From a virus (taxonomy: Duplodnaviria > Caudoviricetes), in the IMG/VR virus record IMGVR_UViG_3300037424_000135, positions 1 to 31,310 of that record: DNA of 31,310 bases, one strand, 5' to 3'. Every line of letters starts with the position of its first letter. Positions within the stretch are counted from its first letter, which is position 1. The notes beneath the pieces were generated by a model that was given only the letters and a program-made list of their open reading frames with translations, was not told the origin of the DNA and did no database searches. Made by a program: the position numbers and the translations under genes. Below, piece after piece: positions 18,696-27,830 of this stretch.

Positions 18696-20728
18696 CGCAT
18701 CGCTCCTACCGCCGGCGGTCTAAGACCCCGCGACGGATTCATGCCGTCCTGCATCCCCATCGTGGCCCCACCGAGCATCGGGTTAGGCATAGCCATCGGC
18801 TGTGCCCCCTGTTGGTGCTGTGCGAGATGATTGTCGAGCGCCATCTTGAAGGCCGCCGGCCACACCTGATAATCCGGCGTCCGCTTCAACCCCTCGTGCG
18901 CCGCGATATGCAGGCGATGGTCATTCGCCGGAGAAATCTCGGGACGCTGGCCCTGAGCGAACATCTGATTCTCAATCTCAGGCGGGACATTATGCGTCGG
19001 GACATTCGGGTCCTTGACGAACTTCCAATACTGATGCGGGTGGAGTCGCCGCCACATCTCGATAGCAATGTTGGTCCAATCGTGCTGGACCTGCGGCATG
19101 AGCATAGCCTGATTCGCAGCGGCCATGAACTGCTGCGTCTGGACCGCATCCTGTCCGGCAAAGACCGTCCCACGCGGCAGGAATCGCGGTACGCTGTTCC
19201 ACATATAACTCGCCGGGTCAATGACAAAGAACTCCTCGCCATGCTCACCATTGTATTTGAAGGATTCCGCCCGCGAGAGATAGGTCTGCTCAAGATAGAA
19301 CTGATTCAGATATATCTTGCACAGGTCCTCATTCTCGAACCGCTGTGCGATCATGGACGCGAGTGAGATGCCGCCGAGTTTCGCCGCCTGTACTTCCGTA
19401 GCTGAAGTGCGCGTCCCGGTCGTCTGCCCCATATCGGAGTCCGGCACCTGAGACAACTGTTGCATCATGTCCGCGTGTAGTTGCACGTCCGCCACGGAGT
19501 CGAGGCCCTGATTGTTGCCCGGCTGATAGACCCAAATTTGTTTCGACGGATCGGAATTGGCGCGAGACTGCCCCACCCAACCTGGATACAACTTCGCCGG
19601 CCCCTGTTGTCCGGCCAGCAGGTCCTCGTTCACCACGGCAAACGGATTCGACGTGAGATTCTGATAGTTGCGCCGAGCGTTCATGGAGGCGTTAATGTCG
19701 ATCTGATTACGCTCCATGCACTCAAGTAGGCCCATGCCGCCAAAGGCGTCCGTGTGCGGGAACAGCGTCCAATCCTGCAAGCACCACCCCGGCATATGCA
19801 TCCGGCGGATCACTTCGCCGTTGCAGGCTTCGACCAGATGATTGCGCGTCCAGTAGCGGATGATCGTCACGCGACGCTGCTTGACATATTCGTCACCGTT
19901 CTCCGCGCCGAGCGCGTAGGCGGCGTTAACATCGCCCGCCTTCCTATTGAGAACCTTGTGGATGACCTTTTCGACGTTCTTGTACTTGCCCCACGACTTC
20001 GTGTTCTCCGACTCCATGATGAGCGTTTCCATCATCTCATCACGCGCGTCGATAAAGAAGCGCGAATCAGCAAAACCATTCTTGGATTCCCAATCATGGA
20101 AGCAGTCGCGGAACGGCAATAGGAACGTATCGCACCGATCCACCTTGTCGGGGACATACCGATCTATCGAGGCGACCCGCTGGCGCTGTACTCCTATGCT
20201 CCCCAGTTTGACGCTTTCCAGCGTCCTTCGCGGTCTCGGCACGTAGCCGTCTTCCAGCAACCAGCGGGTGCCAGTTATCGCATAATCATACTTGCAGGCC
20301 TCAAGCAGCGCCTTGTAGATCGTGGACTTGAACCCCATCTCGATATGCCGCTTGTAGAGATGGGCCGTGACTTCCTCGGCAAAGAAAGCGTCCTTGATGT
20401 CATCCGCTTCCAACTCGAAATAGCGCGACGTGGAGAACAGTTGGTTGAACAACTTCGCGGAAGCCGACCGCACCAGCGCCGCACCCACCGGGAGATAGCC
20501 ATTGGCATACATCGCTTCGTCATCGTCGATCAGACCGGACGATTCGTCAATCACGTCATCCGGGTCATCTCGCGCCCGCCAGATCGCTTCATACCGCTCG
20601 GCCCGTTTCAGCGCGTCACTCTTTTGGCTCTTGGCTTCTTCGTAGTCGCCGAGGACGCGGATGAGCGCCTCTTTGTCGCTTAGCTGCTCAATCGGCTTCG
20701 CATCAAGATAAGTTGGCTTCCTATCCAT
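18692..20728 (-). CDS. Portal protein (P22/SU10-like)
   Basis: 678 aa directly after terL; G.G..E...NQ..IN, NP, PG, TSATEV motifs; C-terminal DHxxHIxxH motif and Met/Gln/Pro tail. Confidence 0.88.
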   Translation of the reverse strand: MDRKPTYLDAKPIEQLSDKEALIRVLGDYEEAKSQKSDALKRAERYEAIWRARDDPDDVIDESSGLIDDDEAMYANGYLPVGAALVRSASAKLFNQLFSTSRYFELEADDIKDAFFAEEVTAHLYKRHIEMGFKSTIYKALLEACKYDYAITGTRWLLEDGYVPRPRRTLESVKLGSIGVQRQRVASIDRYVPDKVDRCDTFLLPFRDCFHDWESKNGFADSRFFIDARDEMMETLIMESENTKSWGKYKNVEKVIHKVLNRKAGDVNAAYALGAENGDEYVKQRRVTIIRYWTRNHLVEACNGEVIRRMHMPGWCLQDWTLFPHTDAFGGMGLLECMERNQIDINASMNARRNYQNLTSNPFAVVNEDLLAGQQGPAKLYPGWVGQSRANSDPSKQIWVYQPGNNQGLDSVADVQLHADMMQQLSQVPDSDMGQTTGTRTSATEVQAAKLGGISLASMIAQRFENEDLCKIYLNQFYLEQTYLSRAESFKYNGEHGEEFFVIDPASYMWNSVPRFLPRGTVFAGQDAVQTQQFMAAANQAMLMPQVQHDWTNIAIEMWRRLHPHQYWKFVKDPNVPTHNVPPEIENQMFAQGQRPEISPANDHRLHIAAHEGLKRTPDYQVWPAAFKMALDNHLAQHQQGAQPMAMPNPMLGGATMGMQDGMNPSRGLRPPAVGAMR

Positions 20729-22499
20729 GAACTTCGTGCTCTCCCCTCATAGGATTGATGCGACGCGGACGGCGGATACCGCGTATCTCACCCGTGTACT
20801 TGCGTCTCACGTACTGCGGCTGATAGAAGATATGCCGCTCTTTATTGGCGGCATCGTACTCGGAGAAGGTGTTGCAGATGCAGTACCGCAGCATATCGCC
20901 GCCATGCTCCCAGTAGCCGTCTTTCTCTGGATACCCCGGACGCCCTTTGTTCTCAGCCGCGAAGCGCCATCCCCCGGCGCACACACCGATCAGGTACTCA
21001 CAGGACGGATCTATCACCACCGAGACATCACCGTCCGGCAGCACCCGCGCAAACATCGACCGGACAAAGAGCGTCGAGTCGGGTACGTCGAACTTGCGCG
21101 ACACGGGGTAGATGCCGTAGGCGTTGAGAATCTTGATGGAGCTACTCATCGCCTTGTCCATCGCCGTCTCGCGGTTCTGATTCCCCGCCGTGTCGCAGAA
21201 GGCTTTGATGTTGTTCTGTCGCCAAGCCTTTTGGAAACGCGAGTCGAGGCGCTGAAGCGTCATCTCCGCCAGGCGCACCGTGTCGGCCCGCTCAAGGAAG
21301 ATTTCAGCGAGGAAGCGTTTCTGTTTCCCGTTGTGGCCCTTGATCTGGACCGTCTGCGAAAACAGACAGCCGCACGTCTCGCCGAAATCGAAAGTCAGTT
21401 CGAGCGGATAGTTCGGATCGAAGTCCAGCCGGCGGACGTAGGTGGAGCGATTGAACATCGGCAGCACCGGGCGACCGTCGAAAGAGTCATAGCGGATCTC
21501 CATCTCCCGTTCCCACCGCGTCTCGTCCGACATCTGCCGGCGGGCTTCCGCTATCCACTTGACCCCGTACTTGGTGTCGGGCGACTTGTCCGGGTCCGCC
21601 GAGTAGTGAACTCTCAGGCAATCCACTTCCTGAGCCGTCCGCCAATACCGCATCCCCGGCATACAGGCCACTAGTTGTGCGAAGGGGACACTGTTGAACT
21701 CGGCATCGCTCATTTCGAGTATTTTCCGGTCTACCCAACGGCGTTGCCCTTCCAAGTCCATCCCTTCCGGTGACTGGATAAGGGTCGCTTCGGTCGTTGC
21801 GGAGTCGATCAGGTTTGGCCCGATCTGTTCGAGGGTCCGGCTGTCGATCCCGTAGAGCTTCTGATAGCCCACGTTCTTGCCGTTCGGCGTACCCTGAGCG
21901 ACGTACTTGCCCCCGCCGGTAATGGTCGGAGCAGCCGCCGCGAACCCGTCCCCGAACTCTTGCTGGTGATTCATTTCGTCCGCGAGAATACCCGAAAAGG
22001 TGAACGACCGAACGACATCGGGGCCTTGCGGAATCGCCCGTATGATCGAGCGTGTAGTCTGGAACTCTAACAGGGTCGCCGTACCCAACTTGTTTCCGGT
22101 CCATTTCGCCTCCGGTATCCACGGGATTTCAAGATTCAGGGCTTGCTCGTAGATGTGCTTGGCGCGGTCAAGGAGCGCATTGGCCGAGTCCTGTTCCTTG
22201 GACTGAAAAGCTATGCGCCGGACATTTTTGGTCATGGCGTCGTGGAGAAACAGAGCCGCCATAATCCAACTCATCATGATCTGCCGGGACTTCTCGATAA
22301 ACAGGATGTTGTAGTCCCGCCACGCCCGGCAGACAATTCGGTACATCGCCTTGTTGGGGAAGGGCTTAGATATGGTCGTGGGGTCGTGTTCGTCAAAGGT
22401 GCTGGCGACGTACCGCACAAAGTACCACGGGTCGAACTCGGCCTGCTTGATCCGGTCGATCCAGAGGCGCTGCTCCGGGGTCAACTCTTTGTCGCTCAA
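20721..22499 (-). CDS. terL: Terminase large subunit
   Basis: Walker A-like EKSRQIMMSW, Walker B GILADE, coupling motif GTPNG, RNase H-like DFG, CDTAG, HGGDMLRY. Confidence 0.92.
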   Translation of the reverse strand: MSDKELTPEQRLWIDRIKQAEFDPWYFVRYVASTFDEHDPTTISKPFPNKAMYRIVCRAWRDYNILFIEKSRQIMMSWIMAALFLHDAMTKNVRRIAFQSKEQDSANALLDRAKHIYEQALNLEIPWIPEAKWTGNKLGTATLLEFQTTRSIIRAIPQGPDVVRSFTFSGILADEMNHQQEFGDGFAAAAPTITGGGKYVAQGTPNGKNVGYQKLYGIDSRTLEQIGPNLIDSATTEATLIQSPEGMDLEGQRRWVDRKILEMSDAEFNSVPFAQLVACMPGMRYWRTAQEVDCLRVHYSADPDKSPDTKYGVKWIAEARRQMSDETRWEREMEIRYDSFDGRPVLPMFNRSTYVRRLDFDPNYPLELTFDFGETCGCLFSQTVQIKGHNGKQKRFLAEIFLERADTVRLAEMTLQRLDSRFQKAWRQNNIKAFCDTAGNQNRETAMDKAMSSSIKILNAYGIYPVSRKFDVPDSTLFVRSMFARVLPDGDVSVVIDPSCEYLIGVCAGGWRFAAENKGRPGYPEKDGYWEHGGDMLRYCICNTFSEYDAANKERHIFYQPQYVRRKYTGEIRGIRRPRRINPMRGEHEVHG

Positions 22500-23077
22500 G
22501 GGGCTACCTCATAGCTGGCAGGCACCTGCTGTTGCCGCTTCTCCCGGTCTACGAGGGCGTCTATGGTCTTTGCGGTCAGGCCATAAGTCCGCTCCTCTTT
22601 CTTGTCGATCTCAATTTTGGGGTTCGGGTAGTAGCCGCCGAGCTTGCAGGCCTCTTTGAAGGCGGCAAGGCGGACAGGCATATCCGGCGTCCGCACAAGC
22701 TGGATGTCATCCCCGACCTTGACGGTCGTGATCTTCTCCGCCCGGAGTCCATCCATGAGCACTTTGACCAGATCTGCCTCGGTGCCGCCAAGCCGGAGCA
22801 AGGCCGGGCCGAGTTTGCCCGCAATCTCCCGAAAAGCTGAATTGGCTTGCGATACGGTCAGGCCGGCAGACTTGGCCTGTTCACAGAGCGTCGCCTGGGG
22901 GTCGGCCAACATCGCCAAGACCAGTTCGCGCCGCTTAACTGGCATCATACCAATAGCTTGCACGAACGGACTCTTTTCGTCCGCAGTCAAGGTCTTGCGG
23001 CGGTCGGCAATTTGCAGGTCTTTGATGGTCGGTACGCCCATTTCAGGTTGTGTGCAACTCCTTGCATACAATATCAC
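22496..23077 (-). CDS. terS: Terminase small subunit (start could be ATG 23041)
   Basis: HTH-like N-terminus (QAKSAG), PD..VRL.A....KL.G.Y oligomerisation motif; overlaps the terL start. Confidence 0.7.
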   Translation of the reverse strand: MILYARSCTQPEMGVPTIKDLQIADRRKTLTADEKSPFVQAIGMMPVKRRELVLAMLADPQATLCEQAKSAGLTVSQANSAFREIAGKLGPALLRLGGTEADLVKVLMDGLRAEKITTVKVGDDIQLVRTPDMPVRLAAFKEACKLGGYYPNPKIEIDKKEERTYGLTAKTIDALVDREKRQQQVPASYEVAP

Positions 23078-23133
23078 CTAAAACGGCATAGTCTTACACC
23101 CCTAGATGAAGATTTTTTACGAAATCGGCAGAT

Positions 23134-23310
23134 TTATTGCTTAGAATCGGCAGAATTGCCCAATTTGTCGTCTTCGAGGTCCATGACGACCACTATCCGG
23201 CTACTTTGTGGCCCCGTGATCCGCTTGACTTGCACCCGCCCGATGGCGTCCACGATGATCTCGACCGTCTCGTTCTTGCGCGGGGTCACTCGCGGCTTCT
23301 TAGTTTTCAA
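23134..23310 (-). CDS. Small basic hypothetical protein
   Basis: Probable TTG start at 23310 overlapping the upstream stop (MKTKKPRVTPRKNETVEIIVD...). Confidence 0.45.
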   Translation of the reverse strand: MKTKKPRVTPRKNETVEIIVDAIGRVQVKRITGPQSSRIVVVMDLEDDKLGNSADSKQ

Positions 23311-23479
23311 TCGACACCCCCGTTCCGGGTTCATCAAGTAAGCACTCCTCAATACCAGCGCGATCCGATATGGCGAGACCCTCATAGAACTGTCTTGCTA
23401 ATACTTCGCTTGAGAATACCCCTCCCACATCATACTCACCCCAGTCGATTATGCCCACCACCCAGATTTTTGTACTCAT
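23300..23479 (-). CDS. Small hypothetical phage protein
   Basis: MSTKIWVV...GVFSSE..A pattern common in small phage proteins; ATGA overlap with the upstream gene. Confidence 0.6.
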   Translation of the reverse strand: MSTKIWVVGIIDWGEYDVGGVFSSEVLARQFYEGLAISDRAGIEECLLDEPGTGVSIEN

Positions 23480-23886
23480 AACAGCCTCAATCCCAAATAC
23501 GCCCCGATAGCGCGGTAGAAGGTCTTCGCCGATTGATCTGTCCGGTGCCACCGGATGCCGTCAGCCACGATGTCGTAACCCCGTGAACAGGACTTGATGA
23601 GCGACCGTATCCTGATCTTCCGTTGCCGGGTTATCATGTGATCCTCCAAGCCAGCCAACATCGGCACGAAACACCAAAAGACGTGGATCGCCTTGTCCTG
23701 TGCCCGGTCGCCCATAACCACCGGGGAGTCGTGGAGTATCCAGATGAAGACGTGGTGCTCCGCCTTGGCCCCGATCTCCTTGTTGACCAGCAGCCGGGGC
23801 TTGGTCAAGTGTAGGACGAAGCCGGGGCGGAGCGGATACAAGCTCGCACCCCGGCTGTTGTCGTAATAGGTCGCGCCGAGCGGCAC
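23476..23886 (-). CDS. Hypothetical protein
   Basis: Fills the gap with start/stop overlaps on both sides. Confidence 0.5.
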   Translation of the reverse strand: MPLGATYYDNSRGASLYPLRPGFVLHLTKPRLLVNKEIGAKAEHHVFIWILHDSPVVMGDRAQDKAIHVFWCFVPMLAGLEDHMITRQRKIRIRSLIKSCSRGYDIVADGIRWHRTDQSAKTFYRAIGAYLGLRLL

Positions 23887-24176
23887 TACCCCTCCGATTC
23901 CGGGCCGGCGGCTATGAGGACTTCCGGCGGGGTCTCGACAGTCGGCGTCTCAGTCGGAGCAGCCGACACAGCCTCCGTGTGGGGGGAAACTTCCGCCGAC
24001 GTACCCCCGGCCAGAAAAACCGGGTATCTCTCCACAGTGGCATCGAACGGCACGAGTGCCCGCTGGATGTCCAGCGCGGCAGATTCCGTCACGCGGTACT
24101 GCGTAGCCTGCACCATCTTCTGACCGTTGGCGACCTGCTCGGCATCGACCAAGATGATTGTTCTGTTCAACTCCAT
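23886..24176 (-). CDS. Hypothetical protein
   Basis: GGAGAGGG RBS; acidic Pro/Thr-rich tail. Confidence 0.6.
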   Translation of the reverse strand: MELNRTIILVDAEQVANGQKMVQATQYRVTESAALDIQRALVPFDATVERYPVFLAGGTSAEVSPHTEAVSAAPTETPTVETPPEVLIAAGPESEG

Positions 24177-24177
24177 A

Positions 24178-24417
24178 TCACTGACCCTCTCCGGTTACAA
24201 CCGCCACCTTGTCGGGGTCATAGACATCGGTGACGATGACGTTGGCCCCGACGTTGACAAACTTCTCAAGCCGGTAGACGCCGACTTTCTTGACTCGCGT
24301 AGTGTCACACTGAAACGCGGGATCGACCGAAACATCGAACGACACCCCATCGCCGTGTTGCCACTCTATCCCCCGGACATATACCACGTCCGGGTATACT
24401 GCTTTTTCGTCTGCCAT
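24178..24417 (-). CDS. Hypothetical protein
   Basis: Start reassigned to ATG 24417 behind AAGGAG (MADEKAVYPD...). Confidence 0.65.
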   Translation of the reverse strand: MADEKAVYPDVVYVRGIEWQHGDGVSFDVSVDPAFQCDTTRVKKVGVYRLEKFVNVGANVIVTDVYDPDKVAVVTGEGQ

Positions 24418-24436
24418 CAAACTCTCCTTGTTTGGG

Positions 24437-25717
24437 TTATTGGTTACTTGCGTTGACTGCGAAATGTCCAAAGTATCCATCTGTCTTGTGCCAGAGGTAC
24501 GCTTCAAGGGCGCGGTTCTTGTTCACGTACCCCTTCAGGTAGTGCCAGTAATCCGTCCCGCTCAAACTCGGCAAGACCCGCACCTTGATCCCGACGTGCG
24601 TATCCCCGGCGTTGTAGACCGTCTGCTTCATCTTATGGAAATGCCCGACGTGCCACTCACGGCTCGTAGTCTCGGCCCAATCAGTCGGCATCTCTGCCGC
24701 CATGATCGTCGGCAGGTCACGATGATTTTCTTCCTCGCCATGCGTGAAGCCGAGTAGGTTGACGCCGAACCGATGATACTTTCGTACCTTGGGCGAGACA
24801 TCGACCGTCACGTCTTTCGCCGTTCGATACCAGACCGACAACACAACCGCGAGGTGATACGATGTCGTCCGGTCATGGTTGCCCGGCGTCCACTTGAGCA
24901 CCACCGGGGCGATCTGCCGCAGGCGGTCGATCACGCGCACGAAAGCCATGACGCCGGAATAGAACATCTTCCCGTACCGGGTGTCCTGATCTTCCATAAT
25001 CGTCCCATGCACGGTATTGGCGCGGATGTAATCAACGTGGAAGAAGTCCTGACCCACCGGGACCACAATCTCGGAAATCTTATAGTTGTCGATCCGGCCA
25101 AGTATCCGCTCCACAGCATCCACAAAGATTCGTTCTGCTATCGCGCAGTCGTAGTCATTGCCAGTCTCTTCGCCCCACGCCAGCGAACCGAAGTGAAGAT
25201 CGTAGGGTGACACCTCAAGTAAGAACTCGCCGTCCTTCTTGTGTTTGATCTCAGTGTACTTCGGACTATACTTCTCCATCCGCTTCATCAGATCGGCGGA
25301 GGCAATCTCGATCCCCCGCGCCACCTTGCGTCTCAACCACACCTTGATCTGACGGTTCTGTTTGGTAAGGGCCTTGTCCTCGGCCCCCGCCCGGACCTTC
25401 ATGGTCACGTCCCAACCATTGACCACGACGCGCTCAACTTCCCAAATGGCCGCATCCACGCCAGCGGCCTTCAACGCATCGTCCACCGACTCGATCCGGT
25501 CGCCGTAGGCTTCGATCACCCACGACTCGGATTGTTGGTCAGACTTCCATGCGGGCTTTTCCGGCTTTATGTCGGTAGTAACGGCTCCAATACGGTCGAT
25601 ACGATCCTTGAGTGTCGTGGTGCTTACACCCAACGACTTCGCCGCCTTCGCCTTGTTGCCGCCACATCGCCGGAGCGCATCGACGATCTGCGCGTCTGTG
25701 TAGTCGGAACATTTCAC
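24437..25717 (-). CDS. Calcineurin-like metallophosphoesterase with N-terminal Fis-type HTH
   Basis: DLHFG, GQDFFH, GNHD, THG, GHFH motifs; N-terminal ALRRCGGNKAKAAKSLGVSTTTL. Confidence 0.85.
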   Translation of the reverse strand: MKCSDYTDAQIVDALRRCGGNKAKAAKSLGVSTTTLKDRIDRIGAVTTDIKPEKPAWKSDQQSESWVIEAYGDRIESVDDALKAAGVDAAIWEVERVVVNGWDVTMKVRAGAEDKALTKQNRQIKVWLRRKVARGIEIASADLMKRMEKYSPKYTEIKHKKDGEFLLEVSPYDLHFGSLAWGEETGNDYDCAIAERIFVDAVERILGRIDNYKISEIVVPVGQDFFHVDYIRANTVHGTIMEDQDTRYGKMFYSGVMAFVRVIDRLRQIAPVVLKWTPGNHDRTTSYHLAVVLSVWYRTAKDVTVDVSPKVRKYHRFGVNLLGFTHGEEENHRDLPTIMAAEMPTDWAETTSREWHVGHFHKMKQTVYNAGDTHVGIKVRVLPSLSGTDYWHYLKGYVNKNRALEAYLWHKTDGYFGHFAVNASNQ

Positions 25718-26091
25718 TTGCTCAACCCCTCTATAATTTGTGCCAAGTCTCGCGCCGGCCTATACCGATCATCACACTCTGGGTGCGTGATGACATATTC
25801 GCGGACCATAGCTATCTGTGTCATCGCATGATCCAACGGACACAAGCCGGATTCCGGGTCGGCCTCAACACCCTCAAGAAAGTCGAAGATATGCCGGAGC
25901 GCAGAACTGAGCCGCTCGGTGTAGGGGAACCCCTTGCGCCAGTCGTGAAGGCCGTGTTTGTCGGCGCCCATCATCATCGCACGAGCAATGCCCTCGATTG
26001 CGGACTCTGGCACAAGAGCCAACGACGCCTTCCCCTCTTTCTTCTTCGCCGCCTGTTCGTCGGCAATGGTCCGGTTCAACGCTCCCTCCAC
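25714..26091 (-). CDS. dATP/dGTP diphosphohydrolase-family protein (DUF5664-like)
   Basis: GK..L.LVP, GA.K.G...WRKG, SALRH, DPESGL..L.HA motifs. Confidence 0.85.
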   Translation of the reverse strand: MEGALNRTIADEQAAKKKEGKASLALVPESAIEGIARAMMMGADKHGLHDWRKGFPYTERLSSALRHIFDFLEGVEADPESGLCPLDHAMTQIAMVREYVITHPECDDRYRPARDLAQIIEGLSK

Positions 26092-26456
26092 TTCGGTTCC
26101 TTGTGGAATAGTTCTTCGAGCGACTGGTAGATCGGGATACCCAACAACTGCGCCCGCTCATATTCAGCCAGTACACCCTTCGACGTACCGTAGCCAGAGA
26201 CGATGACCATGCAGTCCGACGCCTCAAGCCACGTCATTGAGTAGCGGTAGAAGTCTGCCACTACCAAGGGCGCGTTAGGCTCTCGCTCGGCCAACACGAA
26301 ATGATAATCCAAGTGAGGACAGAAGGGCGCATAGCCCGCCACCAACACTTGCATAGATGCGTTGATGCCGACGCGCATATTGCGCAGCACATCCATCACA
26401 TTGTCTGCCGAGTACGCCCCGGCGACATAGACGCGAGTTTGTCTTTTACCGTCCAA
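26076..26456 (-). CDS. Nucleoside 2-deoxyribosyltransferase-like protein (DUF4406/DUF1937-like)
   Basis: VYVAGAYS, PFCPH, WL..SD, SKG...E...A..LGIPI motifs. Confidence 0.8.
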   Translation of the reverse strand: MDGKRQTRVYVAGAYSADNVMDVLRNMRVGINASMQVLVAGYAPFCPHLDYHFVLAEREPNAPLVVADFYRYSMTWLEASDCMVIVSGYGTSKGVLAEYERAQLLGIPIYQSLEELFHKEPKWRER

Positions 26457-27003
26457 GATTTGCTCCTTGTGTCAGTAGCCGTTTCAGCGTCGCCTTCGCC
26501 AGCGTCAACTTGTTGGCGACCGTCGTACCAGATACGCCCAGAAACGACGCAATCTCTTGTAGTGTGTCCCCGTCCCAATAGTAGGCGAGGATGATCTGCC
26601 GGTCATCTTCCGGCAGGCGGTCTACGGCCCGGTTGAGCGCCGAACGCATCTCAGCCGACAACTCAATCGGTCCCTCGATGCCGATGATGTCTTCGGGATT
26701 GTGGTCTCTGTAGCTTTCCTGATCGCAAAACGACAGGGGAATGTGTAGAGGGCGGCGATCCCGCAGATAATTCCGCACCCGCCACTTGACCCGCTGGTAT
26801 ATCCATCCCCGAAACGTACCGCCCTCCATAGGCCGATAGTTCTTGGTAGCTTTCGCCACCCCCCACATGACATAAGACAGGAGATCGTCCGAATCGGGCA
26901 GATGCCGAAATCGCCACCCGATGTAACTTGTGATGTTCTCGACTATCGACTTCAGTTCTACGTCTGAATAGCCACGCTTCTCATCCGTCTTTGAGATGCT
27001 CAC
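26446..27003 (-). CDS. Phage-encoded sigma-70 family RNA polymerase sigma factor (regions 2 and 4)
   Basis: Region 2: DDLLS...GVAKA..NY.P..G..F..W....V...V.NYLR. Region 4: L..LPE.DR.II...Y.DG.TLQEIA..LGVS..TV. Start uncertain (GTG 27003 chosen; ORF is open to 27177). Confidence 0.85.
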   Translation of the reverse strand: MSISKTDEKRGYSDVELKSIVENITSYIGWRFRHLPDSDDLLSYVMWGVAKATKNYRPMEGGTFRGWIYQRVKWRVRNYLRDRRPLHIPLSFCDQESYRDHNPEDIIGIEGPIELSAEMRSALNRAVDRLPEDDRQIILAYYWDGDTLQEIASFLGVSGTTVANKLTLAKATLKRLLTQGANLGR

Positions 27004-27238
27004 AGAGGTCCGTCTCTTCAAGCCAGTGCTGACATTCCTCGCACCAGCGGTATCTTGTTTGGGGATTACCGACCTTCTTGCACCCGCCGAAGATGCGATT
27101 CCATCTATCTTCGGGCACAAGTTCTCCGGGCCGGAACCTGAATCCAGGTTGTAACAGATCGTTGCCCCGCGCTCCATGCTTGCGGATTAACGACCTGTCG
27201 TGGTCAGTCGTATCGGGCGTGTACTTGTCGTCACTCAT
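26981..27238 (-). CDS. Small Cys/His-containing hypothetical protein
   Basis: WCEECQH...CEH possible Zn site; overlaps neighbours. Confidence 0.55.
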   Translation of the reverse strand: MSDDKYTPDTTDHDRSLIRKHGARGNDLLQPGFRFRPGELVPEDRWNRIFGGCKKVGNPQTRYRWCEECQHWLEETDLCEHLKDG

Positions 27239-27473
27239 CTAAACCAATCCCATAGGAATGATCCATTTCGACTTCAATGTCCTTGAGGAGTTGCTTATCG
27301 GAATCGGTCAAATCATTTGTTTGTACTCGTCCAAGAAGACGAACAACGAAGGGATCGTGCGTATCACCATATTTCCATTCAATGAGCGTTCTGATGACGA
27401 ATAGTTGCCACTGATGACGTAGGCCACCCTGAAACAGAGTGGGGGTGACGTCGTATGGCCTCCCGTTTACCAT
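27231..27473 (-). CDS. Hypothetical protein
   Basis: GGAGG RBS inside the groES 3' end. Confidence 0.55.
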   Translation of the reverse strand: MVNGRPYDVTPTLFQGGLRHQWQLFVIRTLIEWKYGDTHDPFVVRLLGRVQTNDLTDSDKQLLKDIEVEMDHSYGIGLDE

Positions 27474-27474
27474 A

Positions 27475-27765
27475 CTACGCCTCCACCACCGCCATCACAT
27501 CAGACTCACGCATGACGATCAAGTCTTCGCCGTCCACCGTCACGCGGGTATAGGGAAATGGCCCATACAGCACCGTCCACCCCGGCTTGAGGGCTATCGG
27601 CACCAGTCCGCCGTAGAGCGTCCGGTTGCCCTGTCCGATTGCCACCACGACACCGTGTAGCGGTTTGTCTTGAGCGGTCTCAGGGATGACCAGATCGCCC
27701 CGCTTCGTCTCTTCCTGCTTGATCGGCTTGACCAGTATCCGGTCGCCCATTGGTATCAGCTTCAT
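27475..27765 (-). CDS. groES: Co-chaperonin GroES (Cpn10)
   Basis: MKLIPMGDRILVKP...G.VVAIG.G...V.Y...MRESDVMAVV; TAAGGAG RBS. Confidence 0.95.
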   Translation of the reverse strand: MKLIPMGDRILVKPIKQEETKRGDLVIPETAQDKPLHGVVVAIGQGNRTLYGGLVPIALKPGWTVLYGPFPYTRVTVDGEDLIVMRESDVMAVVEA

Positions 27766-27782
27766 TTCATCTCCTTATCTTT

Positions 27783-27814
27783 GTGCCGCTGTATTGGCCT
27801 TGGGACAACGGCAC
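27783..27814 (-). promoter_or_regulatory. 10-bp hairpin immediately upstream of the groES RBS
   Basis: GTGCCGTTGT / ACAGCGGCAC (one G-U pair) ending 5 nt before TAAGGAG. Confidence 0.4.
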
Positions 27815-27830
27815 GGAACCCGTCAAGTTT

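Noticed and set aside
24437-26456. Z-genome (2-aminoadenine) call
   Set aside because: No purZ or matching polymerase in the window; DUF5664 alone is insufficient.
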